A stretch of 64,000 nt of DNA from an uncultured Nitrososphaerota archaeon. GTDB taxonomy: Archaea; Korarchaeota; Korarchaeia; Korarchaeales; Korarchaeaceae. The DNA lies in contig CAZUBM010000003.1 in assembly GCA_964618805.1 (NCBI GenBank), forward strand, positions 1-64,000, in the 5' to 3' direction. The notes under the pieces were generated by a model. It made no database searches. It was not told the origin of the DNA and was given only the letters and a program-made list of their open reading frames with translations. Shown here piece by piece: positions 36,828-46,130 of the stretch. The first letter of the stretch is position 1. Each line of letters opens with the position of its first letter. A program made the translations under genes and the position numbers.

Positions 36828-37499
36828 ATGGCTAAGATAACTTGGTTAGGTCATGCTGCCTTCCTCCTAGAAGCAGAGGGTAAGAGAATAGCTTTTGATC
36901 CTTGGATAGAGGGCAATCCTAAATGTCCAATATCGCTGAAAGATTTTGAAGGGGCCCACATATACGCAGTTTCTCATTCCCATGCAGATCACGGTTTAAA
37001 CGATGCAATAAGGCTCTCTAAGGAGAAAGGAGGCGTCATAGTTGGGATCTTTGAGCTTGCTAACTATGCAACCGAAAAGGGAGCAAGGGCTGTAGGGGCT
37101 AATATAGGCGGCTTTTTTGACGTTGAAGGCGTAGAAATAGCTCTAACAGAGGCCGTCCACAGCTCAGATATTGGGAGTCCCGTAGGATTTCTCGTTAGAA
37201 TAGGAGGTAGGACCTTTTACTATGCAGGAGATACTGGTCTTTTTGGAGGAATGAGTTTAATAGGTGAACTGTACTCCCCCGAGGTTTGCATGCTGCCTAT
37301 AGGAGGATATTACACGATGGATCCTGTCCAGGCCTCTTTAGCTGTTAAGATTCTCAAATCGAAGGTTGTAGCTCCAATGCATTGGGGAACATTTCCTGTG
37401 CTTAAGGGAACTCCAGAAGCTTTGGAGGAAGAAATTAGAAAGCTTGGCATTCAGGTTCGAGTTTTAAAGTTAAGACCGGGAGAGGCAGTAGAGATCTAG
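36828..37499 (+). CDS. UPF0173 metallo-beta-lactamase-fold hydrolase
   Basis: WLGHAAF, SHSHADH, AVHSS, YAGDTG, LPIGG.YTM and PMHWGTFP. Confidence 0.92.
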   Translation: MAKITWLGHAAFLLEAEGKRIAFDPWIEGNPKCPISLKDFEGAHIYAVSHSHADHGLNDAIRLSKEKGGVIVGIFELANYATEKGARAVGANIGGFFDVEGVEIALTEAVHSSDIGSPVGFLVRIGGRTFYYAGDTGLFGGMSLIGELYSPEVCMLPIGGYYTMDPVQASLAVKILKSKVVAPMHWGTFPVLKGTPEALEEEIRKLGIQVRVLKLRPGEAVEI

Positions 37500-37506
37500 T
37501 CCAACC

Positions 37507-38373
37507 TTAATCTGTAATACCATATAATTCCTTTCTTTTTGCCTCAAGGAAATCTGGTCTCTGTCCCAAGAATTCGGCCGCTGTTTCAACACAGATACCC
37601 TCTTTCCTGGCAGCTTCAATAACAGGTCTTATCTTTTCCATCCACTCCAAGTCCCTAACTAAGTGATGGTCAATTATTACCTCCCATGGTCTGACTTGAT
37701 CTAATATGTTTAGAAGAAGTTCGTTTGCTTTTGAGAGGATTTCAAGAGGCTCTCTCCAGCCTATAAAAAGGGTAGCTGGCCCATCGATTATGAGCAACTC
37801 TGGCCTCTCTCTAATTATCCACTTGGCAGTTGGAGGATAACTCGGTCCACCTATATCGCTTGAGAAAAGGATTTTTTGCCCTCCTGATTCGACTAAACAC
37901 ATTAGGACAAACCCTAGCTTTGTTCCCTCCCTGCCATGCGGAAATGGTTGCGAGAATTTTATTCTGGTCCTACCGAAAGAGAACTCTCTTCCATCTGCTA
38001 TCTCTATTCTAGCTGGCTTTCCTTCTATTTTGGATAGAAGCTCATAAGCTCTATTTCTCTGATTTTCATTTATCCAGCTTTCAGGATCTTTCAGCAGCAA
38101 GACCTTGCCCTGATACATTTCTGGAAAGTCCCTTAGGTAATGATCGAAGTGGTAGTGAGTTATTACTAATACATCAGCGTCTTTAGCAGCTTCCTTTATC
38201 TTCTTTTTGTGTTCTTTGAGTCTTTCCTTTTCTATAGGGTGTGGAGGAAGCCCGTATCTTGATGGACCCAAGGCAGCACCAGGATCTATCAGGATTCTGA
38301 GATCTGCCGTCTCGACTAGCGTAGCCATGCTCCTCGTTCCTAAGCTGTCAAAGGCGAGGGGTAGAATCTTCAA
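37507..38373 (-). CDS. UPF0282 metallo-beta-lactamase-fold protein
   Basis: DSLGTRSMAT, IDPGAALGP.RYGLPPHP.E, THYHFDH and DHHLVRD. Confidence 0.9.
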   Translation of the reverse strand: MKILPLAFDSLGTRSMATLVETADLRILIDPGAALGPSRYGLPPHPIEKERLKEHKKKIKEAAKDADVLVITHYHFDHYLRDFPEMYQGKVLLLKDPESWINENQRNRAYELLSKIEGKPARIEIADGREFSFGRTRIKFSQPFPHGREGTKLGFVLMCLVESGGQKILFSSDIGGPSYPPTAKWIIRERPELLIIDGPATLFIGWREPLEILSKANELLLNILDQVRPWEVIIDHHLVRDLEWMEKIRPVIEAARKEGICVETAAEFLGQRPDFLEAKRKELYGITD

Positions 38374-38416
38374 TTCAAATCTATGGTAGGATAATCCAAG
38401 AAAAATTTGAACCTTT

Positions 38417-39766
38417 TTAAGGGGTCAAGTCCCATCGACCGCTTTCAGTTGAGATATGACAAGGTCCACTGACTTCTCTTCTTGCTAACAACTCTATAAC
38501 CTTTCCGATTAAATAATTACTCCTCGCTCCGACTATTTCTACCCTATAGAAACTTCCAAGCTCAACCTCTTGCTCTATTAAGACCGGCCTATAGAAACCA
38601 GTTCTCCCCTGGGCCTTCTCCCTGTATTTCTCTGTGATCAATACATAGAACTCCTTTCCAACAAGCTTTTCATTTCTTCTAAGTTTTATTTGGGCGCAGA
38701 GCTCACTAACAATTCTGCTTCTTTCCTTTACAATTTTTGTGGGGAGTTTCTTCATTTTTGCTGCCTCAGTACCTGGCCTTGGACCGAACTTGCTGATATT
38801 AACGACTTCTGGTTTTACGTCCTTTATTAGGGAGACAGTTTGCTCGAAGTCCTCCTCACTCTCCCCTGGAAATCCAACAATTATGTCCGTAGCTATTGTG
38901 CTGATTGGATATCTCTCCCTTATTCGTCTTACAATTTCTAAGAAGTCTTTAGAACTGTACCCTCTTTTCATTAGCCTCAACACTTTGTCACTTCCACTTT
39001 GAACGGGCATGTGGAAGAACTTGTAGATTCTTCGGTCGGAAAATGACTCAAGAAGCTCATCGATAATTGCCTTTACGCCCATGGGGTTCATCATCCCTAC
39101 TCTTACTCTAAATTCGCCTTTTATCTCTTTAATTGCCTTAAGAAGCTTGGCTATGTTTGTTCCTATATCCCATCCATAGACTCCCAAATCTTGGCCTGTT
39201 AGATAAATCTCCTTAAATCCTTCAACAACATAACCCCTTATTACCCTTGCAATTGAGTCTGGTGGGTAGCTCTTAAGCCTTCCTCTTGCAAATCTTGTTA
39301 TGCAATAAGTGCATTGTCCTAGGCACCCTTCTGCCACAGGTATGGCAGCTGAAACTTTAGAAAAAGGAACCCTTTTCATTTCGGCTTTGTTAATCGAAAG
39401 ATCTTCTACTATCTCAATGCCTCTTTTTCCTTCCAGAACCTCCTTGGCCACATTAGATATTATACTAATCGACTTAGGCCCTATCAGAGCAGCTGCATAT
39501 CTTCTAATAAGAGCTGGCTGAGTGGCTGCCATGCAACCAGCTATTATAAGAGGCTTGTTAAGTAAGGAAAGAGTCTTAGCTCTACTCAACATTCTCTGTT
39601 CCGTTGGTTGCTTCACGTTACACGTATTTAGTATGAGAAGGTCGGCTTCTTCTGGAGAACTTGTTATTTCAAAGTTGGATTCCTTCAGAATTCTGAAAAT
39701 AGCCTCTGAGTCAGCTCTGTTCATCGTACAGCCATGCGTCTCAAGATAGATTTTTGGCTTGACCAT
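38417..39766 (-). CDS. mtaB: tRNA t6A37 methylthiotransferase (archaeal MtaB/CDKAL1 type)
   Basis: ETHGCTMN, NTCNVK, AGC, EGCLGQCTYC, RVGMMNP, PVQSGS and a TRAM domain. Confidence 0.92.
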   Translation of the reverse strand: MVKPKIYLETHGCTMNRADSEAIFRILKESNFEITSSPEEADLLILNTCNVKQPTEQRMLSRAKTLSLLNKPLIIAGCMAATQPALIRRYAAALIGPKSISIISNVAKEVLEGKRGIEIVEDLSINKAEMKRVPFSKVSAAIPVAEGCLGQCTYCITRFARGRLKSYPPDSIARVIRGYVVEGFKEIYLTGQDLGVYGWDIGTNIAKLLKAIKEIKGEFRVRVGMMNPMGVKAIIDELLESFSDRRIYKFFHMPVQSGSDKVLRLMKRGYSSKDFLEIVRRIRERYPISTIATDIIVGFPGESEEDFEQTVSLIKDVKPEVVNISKFGPRPGTEAAKMKKLPTKIVKERSRIVSELCAQIKLRRNEKLVGKEFYVLITEKYREKAQGRTGFYRPVLIEQEVELGSFYRVEIVGARSNYLIGKVIELLARREVSGPCHISTESGRWDLTP

Positions 39767-39796
39767 AGATCCACTCAGCCCTATAAAGGAACTTTA

Positions 39797-40108
39797 TTAC
39801 TCCCCTTCGGACTCTCCTAGAGTACTTACACCATCTAAACTAGCTACATTTCCGCCATACCGTCTTATGGTTTCTTTGATTATATCAAGGTCCAGGCTGT
39901 CCCCAACTGTGACGAGCCTCAGCCTCTCGATGTTGGAATCATAGTCCTTAACATCTATATCAACCCTTTTCACGCCGTTTAGCCTTGCAATAGCCTCTGA
40001 TAACTCTACAATGTCCGGTTTGTGAGGTTTAACGACGTCAAACACCAAACGAGTGATTGAAATTTTCTTATTCGAATCCTCCTTTGAATTGGAGGAAAGG
40101 CCCAGCAA
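39797..40108 (-). CDS. DUF211 family protein
   Basis: RLVFDVVKPHKP, L.GV..V.I and I...GG.V.SLD.V. Confidence 0.85.
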   Translation of the reverse strand: MLGLSSNSKEDSNKKISITRLVFDVVKPHKPDIVELSEAIARLNGVKRVDIDVKDYDSNIERLRLVTVGDSLDLDIIKETIRRYGGNVASLDGVSTLGESEGE

Positions 40109-40219
40109 GATCTCTCAGTTCCTCCCTTCATTTAGCGATGATCTGTGAAGTATTAAATCTTTTGTTTTCGAGTTCTTCCCTGAACAGATCGGGATCCTTC
40201 TAAAACCTATCTTTACAAA

Positions 40220-40573
40220 TCATTTTTCTTCACTTTCCTCTTCAAGAGAACGCAGTGTTAAGAAAAGGCGAGAAATTATCTTATTAACGCTTTTATGTCT
40301 TCCTCCTCTAAGATTTATGAGGAAAAGATCTCTTTCAAACCCCTTCGGTAATCTCAGATCTCGATAAAAGGATGCGATGATGCGTATTCTCCTCGCCCTG
40401 CAGTACTTGCATATCTCCTCGAAATTTCTGACATCTTTCATCGCTGAATTCGGCTGCCAAACTGCGCCGTATCCCATGATGTTTAGCCTCTTTTGGATCT
40501 TATAGTATAATTCTCTAGGAACTGTTCTGTCGAAGAAGAAAAGTGTCCTGTATCTTGGACGTTCTTTACGCAA
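40220..40573 (-). CDS. Hypothetical basic protein
   Basis: 117-aa ORF overlapping the dtdA stop; weak PIN-like start (FFFDRTVP). Confidence 0.5.
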   Translation of the reverse strand: MRKERPRYRTLFFFDRTVPRELYYKIQKRLNIMGYGAVWQPNSAMKDVRNFEEICKYCRARRIRIIASFYRDLRLPKGFERDLFLINLRGGRHKSVNKIISRLFLTLRSLEEESEEK

Positions 40574-41384
40574 GCTTCTCTCCTCTCAGAGCATCTTTTG
40601 TCCTGATCACCCTTACATTAAGGTTCTCTAGCAATTCAACTATTTCTCTCCTTTTCTCCCCCTTAATTCCCTTCCAGTCAAGTATCGCAACTCTGGCCTT
40701 AGTTACGCTTCTATTTATCGCCTTCCTGAGCATATCCAAATCTAAGTACTTTGTGTCAAGCTTTCTTATGAAATGGCCTATAGCATATTCAGAAGTCAGC
40801 TCTAACCTAGTGAACTTGGGGTTCAAGTGAAGTCCCCCAATCGCGATTGCTGGCGTGAATTTTTGTTCCCTCCTTGTGCTAAGAGCTTCAACCACTGAAA
40901 GGACTACCGCCTTACAAGCTCTGATATCTTTCCAGTTCTCTTCGCTGCTACCTACTTCAACAAAAGCCATCGGAACGTCTAATGAGGGACCGTGATGCGT
41001 TGGTTCAAGGGCTATGGGATAACCTATTCCCTCGGCTCTGCTCCTAACCGCTCTTAAGAAATTTTTCATGAAAAATGGCATCGCAATACTTATTTTCCTA
41101 TCTTCTCCTCCATAAATAGCTGGCCCAAAATTCCCAGGCACATGGGTAGTTATTATAGGTCCCCCAGGAGTTCCGCTATGCCTTGACAGGACGATAATTG
41201 CATCTGATCCCTCTCCTTCAAGATCCTTTGGTTCTTTTGCATAAAGAGCCTCTCCTTCTACCTTTCTAAGGAAGATTTCACACTCGCCTACCCTAAACTC
41301 TTCACCAAACTCGCTTTTAAGGAGCGAGTACATGTTTTTCGCGGCCATATCCTTTAGAGAGGCAACTAGGACGATTGATCTCAA
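40566..41384 (-). CDS. dtdA: D-aminoacyl-tRNA deacylase (DTD2)
   Basis: LSRHSG, THVPGN, EPTHHGPS, FVEVGS.E..W and GG.H. Confidence 0.93.
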   Translation of the reverse strand: MRSIVLVASLKDMAAKNMYSLLKSEFGEEFRVGECEIFLRKVEGEALYAKEPKDLEGEGSDAIIVLSRHSGTPGGPIITTHVPGNFGPAIYGGEDRKISIAMPFFMKNFLRAVRSRAEGIGYPIALEPTHHGPSLDVPMAFVEVGSSEENWKDIRACKAVVLSVVEALSTRREQKFTPAIAIGGLHLNPKFTRLELTSEYAIGHFIRKLDTKYLDLDMLRKAINRSVTKARVAILDWKGIKGEKRREIVELLENLNVRVIRTKDALRGEKLA

Positions 41385-41477
41385 CCTTTTAGGTTTTGAT
41401 TGATTAAAGAATAAAAAGAGTTCTAAGGGCGTGTTAAGCGCTCCTCCCTCCTTTAAGTATCTTATTAGTTTAGCGTT

Positions 41478-42281
41478 CTATGGTTCTAGTTCTTTGGCTC
41501 TATCCCAATACTCGAGAATCCTCTCCTTTGAATAGAGTAGATATGCTGGATCCTCTACGTGAGGCTCTATCGTAATGGTCTCATTGTAATCCAAGAACTT
41601 AAGCAATCCTAACGCCAAGTTCCAGTCTAGCTTTCCCGCTCCTACCGGAAGATGCAAGTCCAGTTGTCCATTGTTATCATGTGCATGGACGTGTACTATT
41701 TTGGATCCTAAGTGTCTTATGTAGGCTTTAAGTTTCTCACTCCCCCCGAGCCAAGCATGGCCCAAGTCTAAGGTTAGCCTAAGCTCAGGGACGCTCGAAA
41801 ATATGAAGTTCATGGAAGATATCGAAGTGAAGGCCCCTGTATCAGTGTTTTCTAAACATATGGTAACGGAATGTTCTCTACCAAGCTTTATAAGCTCACT
41901 AAACGCATTTAAATTGAGCTTTTTGGCACTTTCTTTGAGAACAGCTAGCCATTTTGGGGAAAAGGGGTGAAATGTAACTATCTTGGCATCTAACTTCCTT
42001 GCCAGGTTTAATATCTTTTCTGCCTCTTTTATTGCCCCTACTCTTACCATTTCATAAGGAGATGCGATTTCTAAGTACCAAGGGGCATGAATTAAAGGAG
42101 GAATGTCGAAAGAAGTTAATAAATCACTTAATTCGGCTTTGACTCCTTCAAGGACTTCAACGGTCGAAAGAGGCCATTCCACAGTTAGTTCAATGAATTG
42201 AAAGCCCATTTCAAGAACTTTCCTTATTTCCTCTAGCACGTTGTTTAGAGGGTTATTCATGCAGCCTAATTTCGGTTCCAT
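41478..42281 (-). CDS. Sugar-phosphate isomerase/epimerase (xylose-isomerase-like TIM barrel)
   Basis: HAP, FHP, LEN, LDLGHA, HVHAHDN.G..DLHLPVG.G and TIE. Confidence 0.88.
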   Translation of the reverse strand: MEPKLGCMNNPLNNVLEEIRKVLEMGFQFIELTVEWPLSTVEVLEGVKAELSDLLTSFDIPPLIHAPWYLEIASPYEMVRVGAIKEAEKILNLARKLDAKIVTFHPFSPKWLAVLKESAKKLNLNAFSELIKLGREHSVTICLENTDTGAFTSISSMNFIFSSVPELRLTLDLGHAWLGGSEKLKAYIRHLGSKIVHVHAHDNNGQLDLHLPVGAGKLDWNLALGLLKFLDYNETITIEPHVEDPAYLLYSKERILEYWDRAKELEP

Positions 42282-42624
42282 ATTCCACATCTTTACGAAG
42301 AAAAAGACTAATTTAAACATGTGAAAGGATTAAATCGTTAAATCGAACTGGAAATGAGGTAAGTGATCTCTTAGAAGAGATCTCAATGGATTAGTAAACA
42401 TAGATAGAGGAGAAGTTTTGACTTTCACGAATAATCGCTAAGAGCCTTATTAATGTGTAATCGATATGAAAATGTCTCTATCATTAGGATCGATGTATAT
42501 GTCGATATGATTTCCTAAGGGATTTCCAGCATAAATATTGGTCCATTTTATGACGTAAAATGCTATTGTAAAGACACTGTACCTTACGCAAACTATAATA
42601 ATCTAAAAAGAAAATAATGTGACT

Positions 42625-42748
42625 GGGCCCGTAGCTCAGTAGGATTAGAGCGCCGGCCTTCGGAAAGTCTGCGTCTAAAACCGCAGATATTAGAGATTTT
42701 CTACTTGAAGAAAGCCGGTGGTCGCGGGTTCGAGTCCCGCCGGGCCCG
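42625..42748 (+). tRNA. tRNA-Arg(TCG) with 49-nt intron at 37/38 (42664-42712)
   Basis: Acceptor GGGCCCG/CGGGCCC and CCGGC-CTTCGG[intron]A-GCCGG. Canonical BHB with a CTTC/GAAG helix and GGA and AAA bulges; T-arm TTCGAGT; T-tract downstream. Confidence 0.95.
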
Positions 42749-42837
42749 TCTTTTTAGAAAAAAGACCTCTGAAAAAATGTAGCTAGTCTTAGATGCTAGC
42801 ATGATAAAAAATAAAAAAAGGAAGAGGAGGGCAGATT

Positions 42838-43068
42838 TTACCTGCCCAAGATTGCCTCTACTGCGAGCTCGATGTCTCTGTCGGTAACGGTCTTTCTTCT
42901 TGCGTGATGAGCCATGTCAACGGCCTGCTTGGCCACTCTCATGCCGAACTTCTCCATATGATAGGCAAGGGTGCTTCTAGCGGCGTTGCTGACTCTTTCT
43001 GCACCTGCTTCCTTAATCATCCTGTATATCGGAGCTAGAGGCAGAAACCTCACTGGTTTGGATGGCAT
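42838..43068 (-). CDS. Archaeal histone (HMf family)
   Basis: LPLAPIYRMIKEAGAERVS...A..MAHHARRKTVTDRDIELA. Confidence 0.97.
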   Translation of the reverse strand: MPSKPVRFLPLAPIYRMIKEAGAERVSNAARSTLAYHMEKFGMRVAKQAVDMAHHARRKTVTDRDIELAVEAILGR

Positions 43069-43589
43069 ATATCATATCCCTCCTTAATGACCCCTCTCCA
43101 AAGGGGTTATGTTTTTTAATCATATCCCAAATATAAGTTTTTCTCTTCATATTGACCCTCGGATCGCATGCGAGTACCAAATGGTAGATGAGATCATCAT
43201 CTCGGAAATATCATATGCATTTAATGCTAGGATGGTAATTCATAATTTTCCATTTTATTAATCATTTATTGAGAAAAAAGAAAAAAGACATAAAGAAGAA
43301 TTCTATTTGAAAATAAATTATTCTAAGATCATTTAATATGTTCATTTTCTACTGAAAATCAAACGAGTAGTCGATTGTCTCCATCCCATCAGATATGTGA
43401 TATCAAAATTCATATCATGAAAAGAGGTCTCATGGGGAACTTTTCTCCACAATGATAAGGCGCTATCCCAACTCAATTTATAAATATGCTAATCCATCGA
43501 TGACATGCCATGAAACCCAGTTTCAATTATTTTAATAAAATGACCTTCATATGATAAAGAAATAACAATCCTTATGAAAAATAGAATAC

Positions 43590-43750
43590 TTAAGCTGATG
43601 AGTCCTTCAAACCATGCAAAAGAGCGTCTTTGACCTTAAGAAGAGCTAGTTAGCCTAGCGAATGCTAAATGGGACCTAGGTGATCTAGGTCTTGGTTGAA
43701 TTTTTGAAAATTTTTAACAATTCTTGGATTTATTAGAATCATCAGCTTAA
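43590..43750. repeat. 161-bp element bounded by a 12-bp perfect inverted repeat (MITE-like or structured RNA)
   Basis: TTAAGCTGATGA (43590-43601) and TCATCAGCTTAA (43739-43750), with AC on both outer flanks. Internal hairpins include GACCTAG-gtgat-CTAGGTC and GCTAG-ttagc-CTAGC. Confidence 0.5.
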
Positions 43751-43796
43751 ACAACGAGGGAAAAGTTATATTATCTCAACATTCATAAATTGAGAA

Positions 43797-45494
43797 TTGA
43801 TTGGGTTTGGAAGGAAAAAAGGAGCCTCCAATCCTGCTCTTATCGTCAAGATCTTGCTCCTATCTGCCCTTTTGATTCTAATCTTCCTTCCTCCAACTGC
43901 CTCTTGGATCTCCAGCTCGTTGAGAAGACTTGACTTAGTTGGGGGTTACACCTCCATAGAAGTCATTTCCTCAACTGGGATAGGCACCGATAGCCCCGAG
44001 GTATACGTGAGGAACCTTGGGCCGAGAATGCTTAGCCTCGGGTATGATAAGCCTAGAGACCCAGGTCTCTGGCAGGTTTTCGTTGGAAATGAGTTCTTCA
44101 AGGTCATAGAGGTAAGGGAGCTGGGAAAAGAGGACAACCTGTTCGAAGTGCACGAAATAATCTGCCTCAGGCTTGAGGGAAAGCATGTAAAGGGATCATG
44201 GAAAATGGTGACGGTTTACGGGCCCGGAGCAACTTTGGCCGATCCTCCTGGCAAGATCGAATCCGGATCCATGGGATGGCTTAAGGGAGTTCTGAGCAAG
44301 GGAAAGAGAGTTCTGAGTTCGGCTCTGAACTCGGCGAAGAGAGTCCTTTCCTCAGCGAGGGATAAAATAGTCTCCTCCTTCTCAAGGGTCAAGGAAGCGG
44401 TATCATCCGCCAGAACGAAGCTTAAGGAGAGATTCAAGGGCTATGGCCTCGAAAAGAACGAGCCAGAGGTCAAAGCTGCGAAAGGAGGGGGATCTTTCCT
44501 TAGCAGGGCAAAAGATAAGCTGAAGTATGCTTGGAATTGGCTTAAAGGCAAGGCTTCTTCCTTCTGGAGCTGGTGCAAAAGGCACAAGAAGGAGATAGCG
44601 GTTGCTGGAGCGGTTGCAGCGGGAGCAGTCATAACTGTCCTAACTTTGGGGAGCGCGCTTCCAGTTATAGGGTCAGCTGCAGCAGGGATAAAAGGGGCTG
44701 CGATAACGGGTGTCCTGGGGGCTACTGGCTACGGAGCCTTATCCTACGCAGGAACCATCTCCCTCTCCCTAGAGAAGTCCGTCCTAATAGGATTTGCTGT
44801 TAGCTCAGCATTGTACGGAGTTTCTAAAATCCTCAATAAGCCTAAGAAGCCTAACCTGGATGATCTAAAACCCAAGGGACCAGTAAAGCCTCAGATAAAG
44901 GGGGACTTGATGGAGGACTTGAAGGAGTTCGAGAAGAGGTGGTCGTTTTTGCCCACAGATCCAGAGGAGCAGCTCAAGATAATAGAGAAATTACGACCTG
45001 CAAGGCCCTTGGAGGTAGATCAAAGGTCTCAGACGCCTGAGATCTTAAGAGTAAGAAGGAGAAAAAGGAAAATATTTGAGTGGTGGAAGAAGTCTAGGAA
45101 AAAAGTAACTCCAGGTCCTCGTCATAGAAAGGCCGAGGAAAGGCTTTATAGAGTAGCAAATCGCTTCGGAGAATCGTTACATCCAATAAATGGTAAGTCT
45201 AAATGGAAATGGGCAAAATCCTATGGAACAGTTCCTGATTTTGAGTCTAAGAACTACATCTGGGAAGCTGAAACAAGCTCTGCTGATCCATCTCACATTC
45301 TAGGCCATCTTAGAGGAAGATTTTCGAGAAGCGGACATCGTAAAGGCGGTTTCAAACGTTACGCTAGCGAATACGGAAAGGGGATCGTTATCGTATTTGA
45401 TAAGAAACCCTCAAGGAAGGTTATTGAGTTGCTTATAAAACATGGATTTAAGGCAATATCTGGGAAAGTGGTATGGGTGTGGGAGCCAGGTTAG
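43797..45494 (+). CDS. Putative pilin/FlaG-like domain-fused polymorphic toxin with C-terminal REase-fold domain
   Basis: RKKG|ASN plus a hydrophobic helix; beta domain with VYVRNLG...VTVYGP; KRVLSSA repeats; W-rich helix and Gly/Ala hydrophobic segment; basic C-terminus with G.RH..AE, PDF and WEAET. Confidence 0.6.
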   Translation: MIGFGRKKGASNPALIVKILLLSALLILIFLPPTASWISSSLRRLDLVGGYTSIEVISSTGIGTDSPEVYVRNLGPRMLSLGYDKPRDPGLWQVFVGNEFFKVIEVRELGKEDNLFEVHEIICLRLEGKHVKGSWKMVTVYGPGATLADPPGKIESGSMGWLKGVLSKGKRVLSSALNSAKRVLSSARDKIVSSFSRVKEAVSSARTKLKERFKGYGLEKNEPEVKAAKGGGSFLSRAKDKLKYAWNWLKGKASSFWSWCKRHKKEIAVAGAVAAGAVITVLTLGSALPVIGSAAAGIKGAAITGVLGATGYGALSYAGTISLSLEKSVLIGFAVSSALYGVSKILNKPKKPNLDDLKPKGPVKPQIKGDLMEDLKEFEKRWSFLPTDPEEQLKIIEKLRPARPLEVDQRSQTPEILRVRRRKRKIFEWWKKSRKKVTPGPRHRKAEERLYRVANRFGESLHPINGKSKWKWAKSYGTVPDFESKNYIWEAETSSADPSHILGHLRGRFSRSGHRKGGFKRYASEYGKGIVIVFDKKPSRKVIELLIKHGFKAISGKVVWVWEPG

Positions 45495-45533
45495 GATGAG
45501 TTAAAGTGTTAAAGGAACTAAGGAGGTATTCCT

Positions 45534-46091
45534 ATGGAAGCTAAAAAGGCTATGTGGAAATATATAAGAGATTCTTATCTGGAGCAGTATGGAGATGAGC
45601 TTCCAGCCTACTTAAGGGAGTTCATAGCCTCACTTGAGAAGATAGAGGGCCCTCACGAGAACCCCACTGCTAAAGAAATTGAGGAAGAGGAGTATGGTCC
45701 CCGTATCTTGGAGGATGAGGAATCAGAAGACCTAGGAGTAGATAGCGATGTCGCTCTCTTCAAGCTAATGCACGTCTTTGGCATGCCAACGATCTTCATG
45801 CTTTACGAAGCTCAATTCAGTTTATTTGGTTATATGTTTGAGTACAAGGGCTGCCTTTTCTTAGTATCTGATTTCCGCGGAGGTACTTTTGTCGATGCCT
45901 ATGCCTATAAACGCAAGGTTAGGGATAAGACGACCATAGGCATAGCAATGGAGTTCATCTACAGGATGAGGAAGTTCTTAACGAAGGAAATCCCCCTAAA
46001 CTACGACGATAAGGTCTATTACTCTGGAGAAGGAGAGTTCTCATACGAGGAAAGAGCAGAGGAGTTGGAAGAAGAGGATCTAGAAGGTTAA
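45534..46091 (+). CDS. Acidic protein, putative cognate immunity protein
   Basis: Starts 40 bp after the toxin-like gene with a strong AGGAGGT SD; very Glu/Asp- and aromatic-rich; no signal peptide. Confidence 0.55.
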   Translation: MEAKKAMWKYIRDSYLEQYGDELPAYLREFIASLEKIEGPHENPTAKEIEEEEYGPRILEDEESEDLGVDSDVALFKLMHVFGMPTIFMLYEAQFSLFGYMFEYKGCLFLVSDFRGGTFVDAYAYKRKVRDKTTIGIAMEFIYRMRKFLTKEIPLNYDDKVYYSGEGEFSYEERAEELEEEDLEG

Positions 46092-46130
46092 CTGAAAACT
46101 ATGCTCTGAGCTCAGTTCTTGAAGGCTACA

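Noticed and set aside
40135-40190. Possible box C/D sRNA (GCGATGA ... CTGA)
   Set aside because: No credible internal D'/C' boxes, and the region contains the promoter of the DUF211 gene.
42330-43590. Replication origin in the AT-rich intergenic stretches around tRNA-Arg and the histone gene
   Set aside because: Only partial CTGGAAAT / TGAAAC..GTTTCA motifs, no full repeated ORB with G-string, and no cdc6/orc1 or whiP gene nearby.
43595-43670. Hammerhead ribozyme (CTGATGAG-TCC...GGAC)
   Set aside because: No GAAA follows the putative stem II and no stems I/III are evident.
42625-46130. Toxin locus as a tRNA-Arg-integrated island
   Set aside because: No integrase, no duplicated tRNA 3' end, and a core histone gene lies between the tRNA and the locus.
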